From assembly GCA_051453625.1 (NCBI GenBank), contig JBOZIK010000001.1, forward strand, positions 10,268,313-10,304,121: a stretch of 35,809 nucleotides of DNA. The letters run 5' to 3'. Below, one piece after another: positions 1 through 11,775 of the stretch. Both the position numbers and the translations under genes were made by a program. Each line of letters starts with the position of its first letter. Position 1 is the first letter of the stretch. The DNA is from Welwitschia mirabilis. Its lineage: Eukaryota. The notes below the pieces were generated by a model, which was not told where the DNA came from, ran no database searches, and was given only the letters and a program-made list of their open reading frames with translations.

Positions 1-1560
1 AGTTGTAATCATCTAAAATCTCAATGTCCTCTTCCTCTTCTTCTTCATTGTTGTGAGAGGTGGAAGGTTTACATGGAGGAGGGTTTGTTTCTTATCCACT
101 TCTTATCATAGCCTTTCAATCTCTTCTTAGCTCATTCGAGTTGGCAAAGGTTGTGTAGGTAAAGTTTCTTGAGGTCTTTGGTTTGCTAGTGAAGTTTTTT
201 GAAGGACATTTACCAAGTTATCAATTGTGGCATTTGTTACCTCTTGTGTTCTTTTCATTTCATCTAAAGAGTTTGCAACTTGATCATTTAAATTTTGAAA
301 GTTGGATGAACTTAGTTGGTAATATTTGTTTTCGAGTCGGTTTCTAAAAGGTTAAGGATTATTTTGAAAATATGTGTTCAACCTTGGTTGTGCCTGATTT
401 TGGTTTCGAAAGTTTTGAGATGATTGATTAAAAGCGCAAACTTCCTCTCAAATTTTCTCTTTGTAGGTTGGTAAAAAAGGACAATTTTTAGTGTCATGAT
501 AGTAGTCCTCACATAAATCACAAGTTGGTACAACATTTCTTTTAGTGGCATTTTTAGTATCTAAAATCAATTCTGTATACTATTCCAAGGTTGTTGTAAA
601 TTTCCTCATAGGATTTGTAGGGTTGTCTTCTACCTCTTTTTGCTTCATCTATTTTTACTCTTTGATAAGTTGGCCTACCGTTTGATTTTCTTTAGGTGTT
701 GACCAAGTTTTACTAACCTCCACAAGTTCTTCTAATTTTATCTAGGCATTATCTATTGTAAGGTTCATAAGGTTTCCACCACAAGAGAAATCTACAAGTT
801 GTTTTGTGTGGAGATTCAATTCACTATAGAAATGGTCTATTTTTTCTTATGGCAAAAAGGCATCTACTGGGTTTGAGTGGACTACTATAAAGAAACATTC
901 ATAAGGAGAGGCATAATCTTCATTGGGTTTTTGTTAGAAATTCATTACCTCTTTTCTTCTTTTTCTTACAGNNNNNNNNNNNNNNNNNNNNNNNNNNNNN
1001 NNNNNNNNNNNNNNNNNNNNNNNNNNNNNNNNNNNNNNNNNNNNNNNNNNNNNNNNNNNNNNNNNNNNNNNNNNNNNNNNNNNNNNNNNNNNNNNNNNNN
1101 NNNNNNNNNNNNNNNNNNNNNNNNNNNNNNNTTGTTCAATATCTCCCATGTGTTGAATGGGATCCTCATCCTCTTCTCCACTAAAAGTTAGGTATGCATG
1201 TAAATTTTTGGGCTCTACATCATCCTCTGGTGGTAGGTCAAATGGTGTTTGAATTTCTCTATTCTTGTTAGCTAATATTCTCTAAGGGTAAGGTTGGCAT
1301 TAGGGGTAGAATACCCTATGACTTGTTTTTATTTACGATAAGTACTTGACATTGTGATTTGATTCTCTCCTTCTATAGGTTTTTTATTAAGGAAATCGAA
1401 TTCAAAAAAAATAAATTCAAAAGGAGAACTAAGTGCACTCAAAGATTGTTCTTCTGACTCCTTTTCTATGTTCACCAGTCCTTCTTTGATATTCTTTTCA
1501 ATCAACTGTTTTTTTCTCAGATATTTCTTCTCCAAATTGACCATATCACAACATTCTGCA
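1..1560 (-). mobile_element. Athila-like Ty3/gypsy gag remnant (element A), with stops and an N-gap
   Basis: Minus-strand translation of ~720-840 gives IDHFYSELNLHTKQLVDFSCGGNLMNLTIDNA*IKLEELV, which resembles Athila/Tat gag. ~480-530 gives PTCDLCEDYYHDTKNCP, a CX2CX4HX4C zinc knuckle. Boundaries approximate. Confidence 0.8.
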
Positions 1561-1997
1561 AATAGAAAACAATAGAAAATAGATTAGAAAATAATAGACC
1601 ATTGTCCTATCTATCGTCTAGACGATAGAAGAGATGACACACACAGAGAACCAAAAAACAGAAACAAAATCAAAACTAAAATAAAAAGCAGAAAATCACA
1701 GAAAAATATCTGTCATCTGCCTAGTCATCCGGACGTCAGAAGAGATGACAAAACTAATTTATTGCAAAAAAAATCCAAAAACAAAAACCAAAAATAGAAT
1801 AACATACTGTCATCCTATCTGTTGTGAGGACGACAGAGGGGACAACTACACATTTTACAAAAAACCAAAACCTGAAAAACCAAAACTAAAACGCAGCACA
1901 CAGAAATCCTACAAATCTAATAAACTAGGACGTCACACAAACAACTAACCAGTATACTTATCTGAATGATGACAATCTTTGTGATCTTTGATAGCCT

Positions 1998-2015
1998 TCC
2001 CCAGCAATGGCACCA
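1998..2015 (-). promoter_or_regulatory. Primer-binding site of element A (Athila-type)
   Basis: Minus strand reads TGGTGCCATTGCTGGGGA, a decayed match to the Athila PBS TGGCGCCGTTGCCGGGGA, three bases from a CA LTR end at 2019-2020. Confidence 0.75.
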
Positions 2016-2018
2016 ATT

Positions 2019-3081
2019 TGTTGTAGTGTATATTTATGCACACTTTTACATTTAAATAGATTTTGTCATTAATAATAAAAAATAGATATTATGCATAATA
2101 CATCACGCTAATATAATGGGAGTGACCCGAAATGTCGTATCTCATTGAAGTCTATCTGCATAAGACTCAAGTTGCTTTTGCGATTTAATCTTAGGAACCT
2201 GAAATAATAAGGAACAATCTAAGAAAATAAACTACCATGCATAGTGCAATATGCAATCTAAACTAACATGCAATGAAAAATGGTCCTAACCCTACTTGCT
2301 TTTCAGCCTTAACAAAGGCTGCCCTTGATAATCTATATCACCTAAGAAATTGGCATGAGATCTTGGGCAACATTAGACTATAAGGGACATAAGAAATCCT
2401 ACAATGCAAACATAAAATAAAAACAGCATTTATATTAAAATGATAACAATATATAGGTTACGAAACAGTCGGGTCTCAATGGAAGATACTCAGCTCTCCA
2501 CCAAGTGCTCGTCTTTCTGCAACTCTCAAGATAGATCTCTCGCCCTTCGCTCTTCTATCACGAGAATCTCTGGTGCATCGAAGATGGGAAGGAGAGTCGA
2601 AGGGGGGTCTTATTTATAGAAAAATACAACAGAAATGGACAGACAGAAGGTGTAGTTATGTGCATTCATTAAGGGCTCAGAAATAGACGAAACAGTTCAG
2701 TGACAGTTACATGTCAGTGTCGTCTAGGATGTCATTCGGACAACATTAGGGATGACAGACTATTACAAAATATCTTCAAAATGATGACTCAGCAGTCCAC
2801 GTAAGTAGTCATCGGCCTTCCTGTCATGTGGACGACGGAGGGGTCGATGGTCTTCTTTAATGTCTTTCTTGAGGAGAAACTTAACATTTTTATCATGAAA
2901 AGCTCTATCCATCGGAAAGTGCCTTAAGTGTATCAAATTTGGATAATAACTGCACTTTTACGAGATTTCCTCTTGTATCTCCAAAATCCTCAGAATTGCA
3001 CCTAAACCTATATAAAAGTCCTGCAAAACAACTCATAAAACCCATCAAATAACCGTAAATTGGTAGCGCAACAATTACACA
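2019..3081 (-). repeat. 5' LTR of Athila-like element A (~1.06 kb)
   Basis: Abuts the PBS. A candidate TG start lies at 3081. Contains the same GTCGTC..GACGAC palindromic motifs as the downstream UTR. The upper boundary is inferred. Confidence 0.55.
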
Positions 3082-3099
3082 AGATTGTTTATTATAAGA

Positions 3100-4890
3100 T
3101 TGTCAACATTTGTTTCATGTTTTTATTAGTTTTATGTGGTTATTTTATATGTTCTTGATTATTATTATTGCTATTTTGGATAATATGGATTAGGGTTGTT
3201 ATAAAGTAAACTAGGAGCACTATTTCAAAAACATCTAAATTAATAATTAAACACTTTCCTAAAATCTCTTGTAACTTATGAGTTAGAATGTAAATTAAAA
3301 GCACAAGCTTATTTAAAAATAAATTCTTTGCAAGTAATAAGAGCTAGAGATTGTTCAATTGTGTGATCACCATTCTCGCAAAGATGACATGAAACTACAT
3401 TTGATCTTGAAGTTTTAGTCTTGTAAATTTCTTCTAAATTTTTTATATCTTTTAAACTAGAAGAGATATTTTTCATGATTGAGTTAAGAGATGCTATTAA
3501 TGATGCAACTCCTAAAGGTGAAATGGAGGTCTAAGGATGCTTAATAAATTTGACTTCTTTTATTATTTCTCTGATAGATTTGGATTCACTCTTTATTTGA
3601 AATGTTAGTTGTATCTTATTCAGTTCTCAAATTTATTCTAATTTCTTCCAAGCAATGATAGGATCTTTATCCAAGATATTTCTTTCCCTTGCGAAATAAA
3701 CCATTTACCTTGTATAAGGATTAAGTCATTTTAAGAGGTACTGTATAATTTGATATAATTGAAATTCATTACTTGGATTTTGTGTAACATTGCCAATTAA
3801 TCTCTCAAAGGCTACACAATAGTCTTCCTCATCTTTGTATTTAAAACTAGTTACTTGCTTCCTTAGTTTTTGGATTTTCTGGATTGTCATGTAATGCTTA
3901 AGAAATGTAAAGAAACATTCCATCCTAGGCACAAATACTGTGGTTTGGCAAAAAGTTAAACCACATCCTTCCTTGTACCTCTTAGAATGAGTGAAAATAC
4001 TTTTAAGAATGTCCTATCCATTACATCTTTTTTTTGCCACTTTGGCAATTTCTTCTATTTCAACTAAATGATTGTAAAGATCCTCATTATCTTAACTATG
4101 AAAATTTGAATACACAAACAAATTCCCAATCTCTACATCTTCACTGGTTGGAAGAATAATTGGATTCTTAGCCCTATTTTTACAATTTAATATTTAGTCT
4201 TTTAATGAAGCAGTAGAAATTGCTGAGAAACTCATTCTAAGATTTAAAGAGGCTACTACTATGCTATAAGGTCTAGTTAAAGGATGCAATTTACTCATAA
4301 GAAATATAGGCAAATGAGACAGAGGAGGAAATTGATTGTTGAGAGGGACTTCTTAAAATTTGTCACTTTTGATCTCATTTTAAATTAAAGGAGATAAAAC
4401 AATAGGGATTAATGAAAGAGATTCTAACAATTTACTAAGGGAAAGAGTTCACAATACAAATTTTCTCTCTAAGAGTTTGCCGAAGGGATACAAGGTTTCC
4501 TAAAATCAAATCATTTACCTCTAATATTTTCTCTAATAAGACTTTGATTACTATTCAAGGCTTAAGGCATATGATGACATGTAATGATGGCTAAACAAAA
4601 TTATTATTTTGCCAAAAGCAAGGTCTAGGGGTGCATGAAGCCTTAATCATAAGGATCATACTAGGTGGTCTTTTTATTAACTAAAATAAAGGGAAAAAGT
4701 AGGAACTAAGGAAGGTTAGAGTAGTCAAACCCAAAAAGGATTCGTAGACAAATCCTTTTCTCGGTTACTAACTAATATTACCAAGAGTACAAAGCAAAGC
4801 ATGGAAGACCTGACCCTGCTTATAGCTTTGGTTGAAGATTTTCTTCCTGTTAGAAGATATAGTTGCCTTCCTTAGTAATGGCACCAAAAT
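3100..4890 (-). mobile_element. Second, older Athila-like gypsy remnant (element B): gag, 5' UTR and PBS
   Basis: ORF 3726-3932 (FLKHY..KLRKQVTSFKYKDEEDYCVAFERL) fits the Retrotrans_gag pattern. A decayed PBS (plus strand tccttagtaatggcacca, ~4869-4886) is followed by probable LTR sequence. Confidence 0.65.
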
Positions 4891-5850
4891 GTGATGGAAC
4901 TATTGAATATGTCTTTAGACGTGTGTTCTAGAATATTTGAAAATCTTGAGTATCATAACCACTAAGGAGTCAGAGAGGAGAAGGAAATTTGGAAGAAAAT
5001 AAACACAAATTACTATTACAAAAACTAAAATACTAGATTGCAAAAATAGCAATCCATCTAACCAACAAATAGAAATCACTTAAGGATTCTAGCTGGTTAT
5101 CACCCAATTAGTTTGAAATTATAAATCATATATACATAAGAATTTTAGAACATTATCTGACATAACATTACACAAACTTTGAAAAACAAAAAGTAAATAC
5201 TATCAAGTCAATGTATTGAATAGGTCCATGAGTTACATTAAAGATTTGGACACAAGAGTCTAACCCCCAGTAACTAGCTGATGCAAGCAACCTAGTTTTA
5301 AAGCTTTCCCTGTCGTCACCTTAACACATGTTACTTTTGTCACATCATCCAAGTGATAATGAAGATTAATTTGCAAGGACAAGCCCCTTCCGTAAATAGC
5401 TTTAAATTCCATGGAAAGTTATAAGAAAAGTTAGTCAATTAATTATATAATTGTATCGTTGATACTTGTGTCACTAAGCAACAAAAAGTGACGATTGGTC
5501 TAATGAATTATAGGTAAAAGGCATCGTTCTATAGCATCATTGGGCAACTACAAGTGGTGATGTGTTGAAAAAAATGTATAGTTACTAATTCATCACAAGG
5601 GGAAGTAACAACAATTACAGAGGAAGGGATTGCTAGGCAATTACCTGTGGCATCAAGTTCAATCTTAGATAGATGGAGACGTCATTACATAGTATCATTG
5701 GGTGACTTCAAGTGGTGATGATTTTGATTTTGACATTTTCATTTGGTTTTTATCACAATTTTGTGTTTATTGTGTACTTCCTTTACCAGGCTTGCCTGTG
5801 GATGTCTAACCTTAGAAACAACCTTGAGATTTCCACTGTTAATGCCTCCG

Positions 5851-6142
5851 AAGCATTACTACCCAAGGAATTTCTTTCAAGACATTCGCTTCAAGAAACT
5901 ACTGCCCAAGGAATTTCTTTCAAGACAATATTGCTGAATGCATTCCTTATAAAGCATTATTGTCCAAAGCATTTCCCTTAGGCATTACTGCTCAAGCCAT
6001 TTCCCTTAAGGCATTACTACCCAAAGTATTTCTTTCCAGAGATTATAGGACAACGAATTGCTGCATGAGGCATCCCTTCAAGAAATTACCACCTAAGCAA
6101 AATTTCACTCAAGACATTATTGTTGAGACATTACTATCCAAA
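5851..6142. repeat. Degenerate minisatellite with 14-15 bp monomers (AAGGCATTACTRCCC / AAGGCATTTCYTTC)
   Basis: Consecutive related units include aagcattactaccc, aaggaatttctttc, aagaaactactgccc, aaggaatttctttc, aaagcattattgtcc, aaagcatttccctt, aggcattactgctc, aagccatttccctt and aaggcattactaccc. Confidence 0.8.
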
Positions 6143-7517
6143 CCATGCAAACTCCAACCATAGTTCCTTATATTACCCCTGCTTTATCAAAATCACTTTC
6201 TGGGCTGCACAGTTCCATATCCTAAGGTGCCTTCTGCGCTTCAATCTTTAAGTTAAGACTGTAATCTCTTCCACTCTGCTTCTGTTATTGCTTCCGGGCT
6301 TCCTATCATGCTTCCTTCTTGGCAGCTTCACTCTTTTTTACCCTTACCAGTAACAATACCATGAGAATAAGCTGAGGTTGAGTAAATTTGCAGAGCTGAC
6401 ATTCACCAACATAAGGCCATGAATTTGGGTTATTCTGAAATTCCTTATTTAGAGATCCCAAATCTCAAAAACTGTAGTACTCATGGAGAGGCCAAGTACA
6501 AGGAGATTCCCAGAAATCTGTTTTGGTTTCTGGGCATTTGCAGCAGTGGTAGTCTCGAAGGAATTAACAACTCTTACTCGGTTGATCAGTCCTGTGAACA
6601 CTTTGAATGAAAATGATTTTACAGTCTCCTTCTGTTTTCAGCCGCAATAAACATGTCCAGGAGTGAGAATTTCTTCTCATTCATTTGTAATACCAAACAG
6701 TAAAACCTCGGTGACAACTGCAGTGGCAAACCAGCCGGTTTAAGTTTCTAGGGAAGGTGGCAGAGCTTCTATGTTCCCCGCCAAAGGCATCTGCCCAACT
6801 GAAAATCCATTCTGCACTGCACAAGTCTTTCTTTCAGGATTTTCAATGATCTGAAAATGTATTATTAGTGTTAAAAAAAAAATATTACCTACTCCTCCTT
6901 TTTCTTTTTTTTTTTTTGCATTTTTTAAAGGTAAAAAACTCTTATCAGAGTCAAACTCACAACCACAAAGAGACGGAAACACGACATAAATATTCTTAAA
7001 TATTATTTTGTACATTTTTAAAAACAAAAAATAATTTACGCAATTTAGAATGTTTATAGCTTTTTGAAGTTAATATAATTTTTATTTTAAATAAAGTTTT
7101 AATATAAGTTAACTACTTTATAACTTTGATTAGAAAGAGTATTCAAAAAGTCAACCAATAAGATAGTCTAAGTAGTGGGACACACATCCTTCATACGTAA
7201 GGTCATAGGTTCAGACTTAAATCCCTTATTTGATACACTATCAAGCCTTTGGCATAATTACATCATTTGTTTTGGTGATTATGGTGATTATATTTCTATA
7301 GGGAGGTATGGTTAAACATACTCCTCTAAATGAAGGCAATGTTTGAAAACATTTTAAAAATAGAAAGTTGCCATAAAAAATACTGCCAAATATGAAGTTT
7401 TGAAATGCCCTTTTAAAAAAACAAAGTTGCCAAAACTTGAAATTTTGAAATGCCCTTAAGAAAAAAAAAAGAAGGCTTCCAAGAATGAGATTTACTACTA
7501 AGTAACTGCATACTCAA

Positions 7518-7718
7518 AAGGGCAAAGGCCCTAACTCACTGCTTAAATCTAGTGAGTGATTTACTTATAGTCAGGAGTTCAAATCCTTATAAGGAACTGA
7601 GGGGTGTGGGGACAGCCCCAACCATGTCCCGCATAATCCTTGTGACATTGAGCATAGACATGGCCCAAATTCCATGTAGTACTGGCAATTTCCAACTCTT
7701 TCCAAAAAAAAAAAAAAA
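7518..7718 (+). mobile_element. tRNA-derived SINE (~200 bp) with poly(A) tail and 11-bp TSD
   Basis: A-box-like TAACTCACTGCTTAA (~7532), B-box GGAGTTCAAATCC (7574-7586), A15 tail (7704-7718), and direct repeat TGCATACTCAA at 7507-7517 and 7719-7729. Confidence 0.85.
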
Positions 7719-8124
7719 TGCATACTCAATGTCTCTAAACCATACATGTCACTACAAAATCTATAACTTTGAAAAGTATCATAGCCATTGAATCATGGAC
7801 TCTTTACCTGTTTCAAACAAAGAAGACTAGCATTGTAGCTATTGATGATCATGCACTCTTTATTTGTTTCAATCAAGCAAACATTTTGTGTTGATACCAC
7901 TTGCAATTCTTCAAATTGGAAAAGCCTTACAAATGAATTTCCTACTTTTATGGATATAATCTCATTAATTTCATCCTATTTCTATATGTGTGTCCGTTAA
8001 CTATCACATTGTTTTCAATTATGCCCTTTCACAACAAGGCACTATGTTAACAAAATAATATTCTTTAATTACTATTCTATTAAGTGGAGACCTAATTAAC
8101 CAAATATGTTAGATAATAATCAAA

Positions 8125-8870
8125 TTCTAGTTTAGACAATATTATCTCTATGGATTTCCTTATTATTATAAAAACATTTATTATGTGTCATGGATCAACG
8201 AATTTTTTCATAAATTGGTAATAGAATTTGAGTCAACTTAACTACATCTAACATTCCCGAAGGATGGAACTTGTGGAAAGGATGAGGCAATGTATCTTGA
8301 ACAAACAAGTTATGCTAAGAAAATTGTTAGATCCAGCAGAATCGAGGACTGTTGTCCAAGAAATGCCCTCATAGATCCCATATATAATTGAACCTTAAAG
8401 GGAAGCCAATTGATCTTATATTCTATAGACAAGTAATTGGTAGGCTTTTATATCTAATTAATAATAAACCCAATACAGATACGTTATAAGGATTTTGACA
8501 GTCTTCGAAAGTAACTATACATAGAAAAGTTGCAATGCGTAAGTTAAGATATATAAAGAGATTTTCTCATTTACCTACAGTTTGGACAAAATCGAGATTT
8601 GGACAAGTACAGAGTAGAGTCCATAAATAACAATAATAACATTCTCTCAAAAGTTTTTGTGATTCATATTTGGCTAGTAATGCTAAAACCTAAAGATCAA
8701 GATTATACTAGATAAGCTATATATATTACTCTCCTATTTTTTAAAACAGCAAGAAACAACCCAAAAGTGATCAATCATAACTAACGCAAAATAAGTTATT
8801 GGATATATGATGATAGAACATCAATGGTTGGATTCCCTATTCTATAATGTAAATCTAAAGATTGCAACAT
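8125..8870 (+). mobile_element. Highly decayed Ty1/copia RT-RNaseH fragment
   Basis: Residual motifs MYLEQTSYAKKIV (~8290), FYRQVIGRLLYLINNKP (~8421; cf. YRSLIGSLLYLTHTRPD) and FCDSYLAS (~8655; cf. FSDSDWAG). Confidence 0.7.
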
Positions 8871-8906
8871 TTATCAATGGTAGTGTTACAACATCTCATG
8901 GAATGT

Positions 8907-9159
8907 TGTTGAAAATATCCTTTGCTATTTTCTTCTCTTATCCTATTCTCTCTCATTATTCTCAACCATATCTATTTTTATTTCCTTTCCCTTAATTTCT
9001 CTCTCTCTCTCTTATTTCTCTTACCCTGTACTATTATTGGCATTTCACCTTGTATAAATTTCATTACAATTAATGAAAGAAATTGAGCCATTTTAATAAA
9101 AGTCCTTCATGCTCCGTGAGAACTCTCTAGGGCTCTCAATTTCTTGGGCCTTCTCAACA
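8907..9159 (+). repeat. Short LTR copy 1 (~253 bp, TGTTGA...TCAACA)
   Basis: Has TG...CA ends and aligns along its length to the reverse complement of 9593-9840. Confidence 0.8.
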
Positions 9160-9578
9160 CACAAAAGCATGGATTTAGGAACCTCTTTGAGAAAGGTTCA
9201 TAGAGGGAGCTATGATATTAGGCATGGAGGACTCAAACACAAACCATGAAAGGTTGATTCTTCAAAGCACCCAAATCTCTTAATGTCATCTGAAAGTGTA
9301 GGGATCACCAGTTTGCTACATACTTCGCTCTTGATACGATTCACAATCTAGTACTGGAACTGCTTTTCAAGAATCGTCACAATGAAATTTAGAAAACGAG
9401 AAATGATGAATTCTAGACGGAAGAAGCAAACATCAAGATCGGGTCCTCAAAATTTTAGATCTCACTTCTCTTTTACTTTTTGCATCAACAACGACAGAGG
9501 GAAAAAAACACACAAAATCTAGGGTCAACTAGGATATGCATAGATACACTGCTAGTAGTTAATCTAATACCTTGCCCT

Positions 9579-9590
9579 GCTCTGATACCA
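9579..9590 (-). promoter_or_regulatory. tRNA-iMet primer-binding site TGGTATCAGAGC
   Basis: Exact canonical PBS (plus strand gctctgatacca), two bases from the CA end of the LTR at 9593. Confidence 0.9.
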
Positions 9591-9592
9591 TT

Positions 9593-9840
9593 TGTTGAGA
9601 TTATGAAGATCTCATTTTGCATAGAAGGCCGAAAAAACTGAGAGCCCTAAAGACTTCTCAAGGAGCATGAAGGATTCTCATTAAAATGGCCCAATTTCTT
9701 TCATTAATTGCAATGGAATTTATACAAGGTGATATATCACTAATAGTACAAGGTGGAAAGGAAATAAAAATAGATAATGGTGAGAATAACGAGAAAAAGA
9801 ATAGGATAATGAAAGAAAATGGCAAAGGATATTTTCAATA
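9593..9840 (-). repeat. Short LTR copy 2 (~248 bp), 5' LTR of a truncated element
   Basis: Minus strand reads TATTGAAAATATCC...TCAACA followed by the Met PBS. It is an inverted copy of 8907-9159. Confidence 0.85.
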
Positions 9841-11448
9841 CATGTCCATTAAGGATCAAAAAGAAACACTCTCAAATCATAACTCCAGGTATTTGTTTCT
9901 CAAAATCCCCACTAGAGAAATCTATGTGATAACCATGGAATATATTCAATAAAAGGATCTCATCCTATGTTAAGATGGAAGCGTTCTTCCAAGGACAAAG
10001 ATGATAATCTATTTCTAATATCAGAATTAAAGATGTTTCCAAAATAAATTCTATAATGTCTGTTGTGAATCATCAAAGGTTTGTGATTAAAATAATTCTC
10101 TAGTTTTTATAAGTCTACTATAATAATGGAGTTTACAAATAATAAACAATTAACTAATTGCCAAGAGCCATGGTCCTTATGTATTAACAACATAAACATT
10201 CATGTAATTTACATACCTTCTCATTTCTTATTCTTACTCATATGAGTCATTCAAGTTATTCTCGGGTATTCAAAAATATACTTATACAAAGTGAGGTGCA
10301 TGAATAAAATTTATTGATAATATTTATCTTTGATTAAATTTTATTTTACATTTTCTTTTTCAACCTTAGATGTTCATTTTTCTTGTTTGTTCTTTCTTTG
10401 GGATTCCAATTTTATAATCCATGTATAATTCTGTGATGAGAGTATTTCTCGAGTAAATTCTGTGGTTTAAATTCCACAAGATGATTTGGCTCATGATTAA
10501 GAATTGCAGGTTGAAAACAATGCTCTCAATGCATTTGTTAAGGTATAATACATAAAGGAAAATAACGCCTCAATGGTAGCACAACTGTAAAGACCACAAC
10601 AATGATGCCAAAGATTTAATAAAGGATTCTAAACTAATTACAAAGCAACAAACACCACTTGACTTTTTCTTACAGTTTGTTAGGAAGAAAAGCTCATGCT
10701 TTAATGCATCTTACTACTTTCTTTCATCTCAACAAAAACGCCTTCAATTTTACATGCTGCATTGTTATAGAATAACATCTTATATTCTTTAACTCATAAG
10801 GGGTTGTGCATCTCAAATCTTGAAAAACCTAGAAATAGGAGAGTTGTTAGGGTGCAATAATTTTGGTATTTCAANNNNNNNNNNAAGAAAACAAACTCAA
10901 TAACTGATCAAGAAAACAAGACCTTCCAAGTAAAAGCATTGTGATATTGGGAGGAGGAGAAAATTTGAAATTAGAACTAAAAATATAAAGAGACATAAAA
11001 TTGGAGGAGGAAAAAAAAGGCAGTGGGGATGGAGCTCCAGTAAGAGTTGAGAGCAACAAGCAAATCAAAAAAGAATGGGAAGTGCAGAATGAAGAGAGAC
11101 CATCTCTTGTGGAGCAAATCTAATTAGAAGTGAAGACTGGAGATAGGTCTGATGGATTTAAGCCTGAAATCTTGCACTGTACTATTATTTTATAATCTAT
11201 ATAAACAAGTTACATGATATTCCTCCAACACAAGAAATAACACTGGGAGGATAACAATGATACCATAACAGAAGGGGTAACATCAGCATCGCTAAAAATT
11301 TTCATAGCAAAGTATTAGATACATTAAACCCCAAAGTTTCTCAGCAGCTAACAAATTATTATTCTTCATGTTTCACCTTGATATACAGAGTAGACCTTCA
11401 TATCTAGACCATGATTGGATATATACAGATTCCAGATATACAGAGTTG

Positions 11449-11595
11449 TTAATGGCAACTGAATCCTTTGCAGACAGACAACCATATTATAAGCAGTACT
11501 ACAACTGCAATTGCAAGAACAATCAATTTGAACTTCAAATTCTGAAGCCATATTTTTCTTCGAAGCTGGCGACCTTGTCGTTGAAAATGATCAGC
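11449..11595 (-). CDS. VAMP727: VAMP72/VAMP727-like R-SNARE, terminal exon (end of SNARE motif and transmembrane domain)
   Basis: Acceptor ttcttcatag, then ADHFQRQGRQLRRKIWLQNLKFKLIVLAIAVVVLLIIWLSVCKGFSCH and TAA at 11449-11451. This is a typical VAMP72 C-terminus. Confidence 0.93.
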   Translation of the reverse strand, partial: ADHFQRQGRQLRRKIWLQNLKFKLIVLAIAVVVLLIIWLSVCKGFSCH

Positions 11596-11712
11596 CTATG
11601 AAGAAAAAGGGAATTACATCTTAGACCTGAATGAATCAAGAAGTATACAAAAAGAATCCCAGAAATGCTGCTTATATAGAAACATCGCCGTAAAACTTAA
11701 TTTTGAAGGTAC

Positions 11713-11775
11713 CTGGAATTGTAAACCTTCAGTTTTGTCCACAAGTAGTTCAATTCTTTCTCCACGCTCCAAGAC
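11713..11775 (-). CDS. VAMP727: VAMP72/VAMP727-like R-SNARE exon (synaptobrevin core with the zero-layer Arg)
   Basis: 63-bp phase 0/0 exon bounded by AG and GT, encoding VLERGERIELLVDKTEGLQFQ. Confidence 0.95.

Noticed and set aside
877..1191. ORFs spanning N-runs (also 10871-11068, 31337-32464, 31407-32519 and 35197-35550)
   Set aside because: They are open or extended only because N bases translate as X; the real flanks are TE or unassigned sequence.
5851..6142. Possible CRISPR-like array
   Set aside because: Monomers are adjacent with no unique spacers, there are no cas genes, and the context is eukaryotic.
5712..6163. Three overlapping ORFs with repeated peptides
   Set aside because: By-product of the 14/15-bp minisatellite; no single frame is maintained.
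7520..7595. Functional tRNA gene
   Set aside because: A/B boxes are present but I could not form a cloverleaf. The poly(A) tail and TSD indicate a SINE.
10600..11170. Purine-rich stretch faintly resembling LINE ORF1
   Set aside because: No diagnostic motif could be read with confidence.
11366..11601. ORF-track calls 11366-11551(-) and 11368-11601(+)
   Set aside because: Off-frame or antisense shadows of the VAMP terminal exon.
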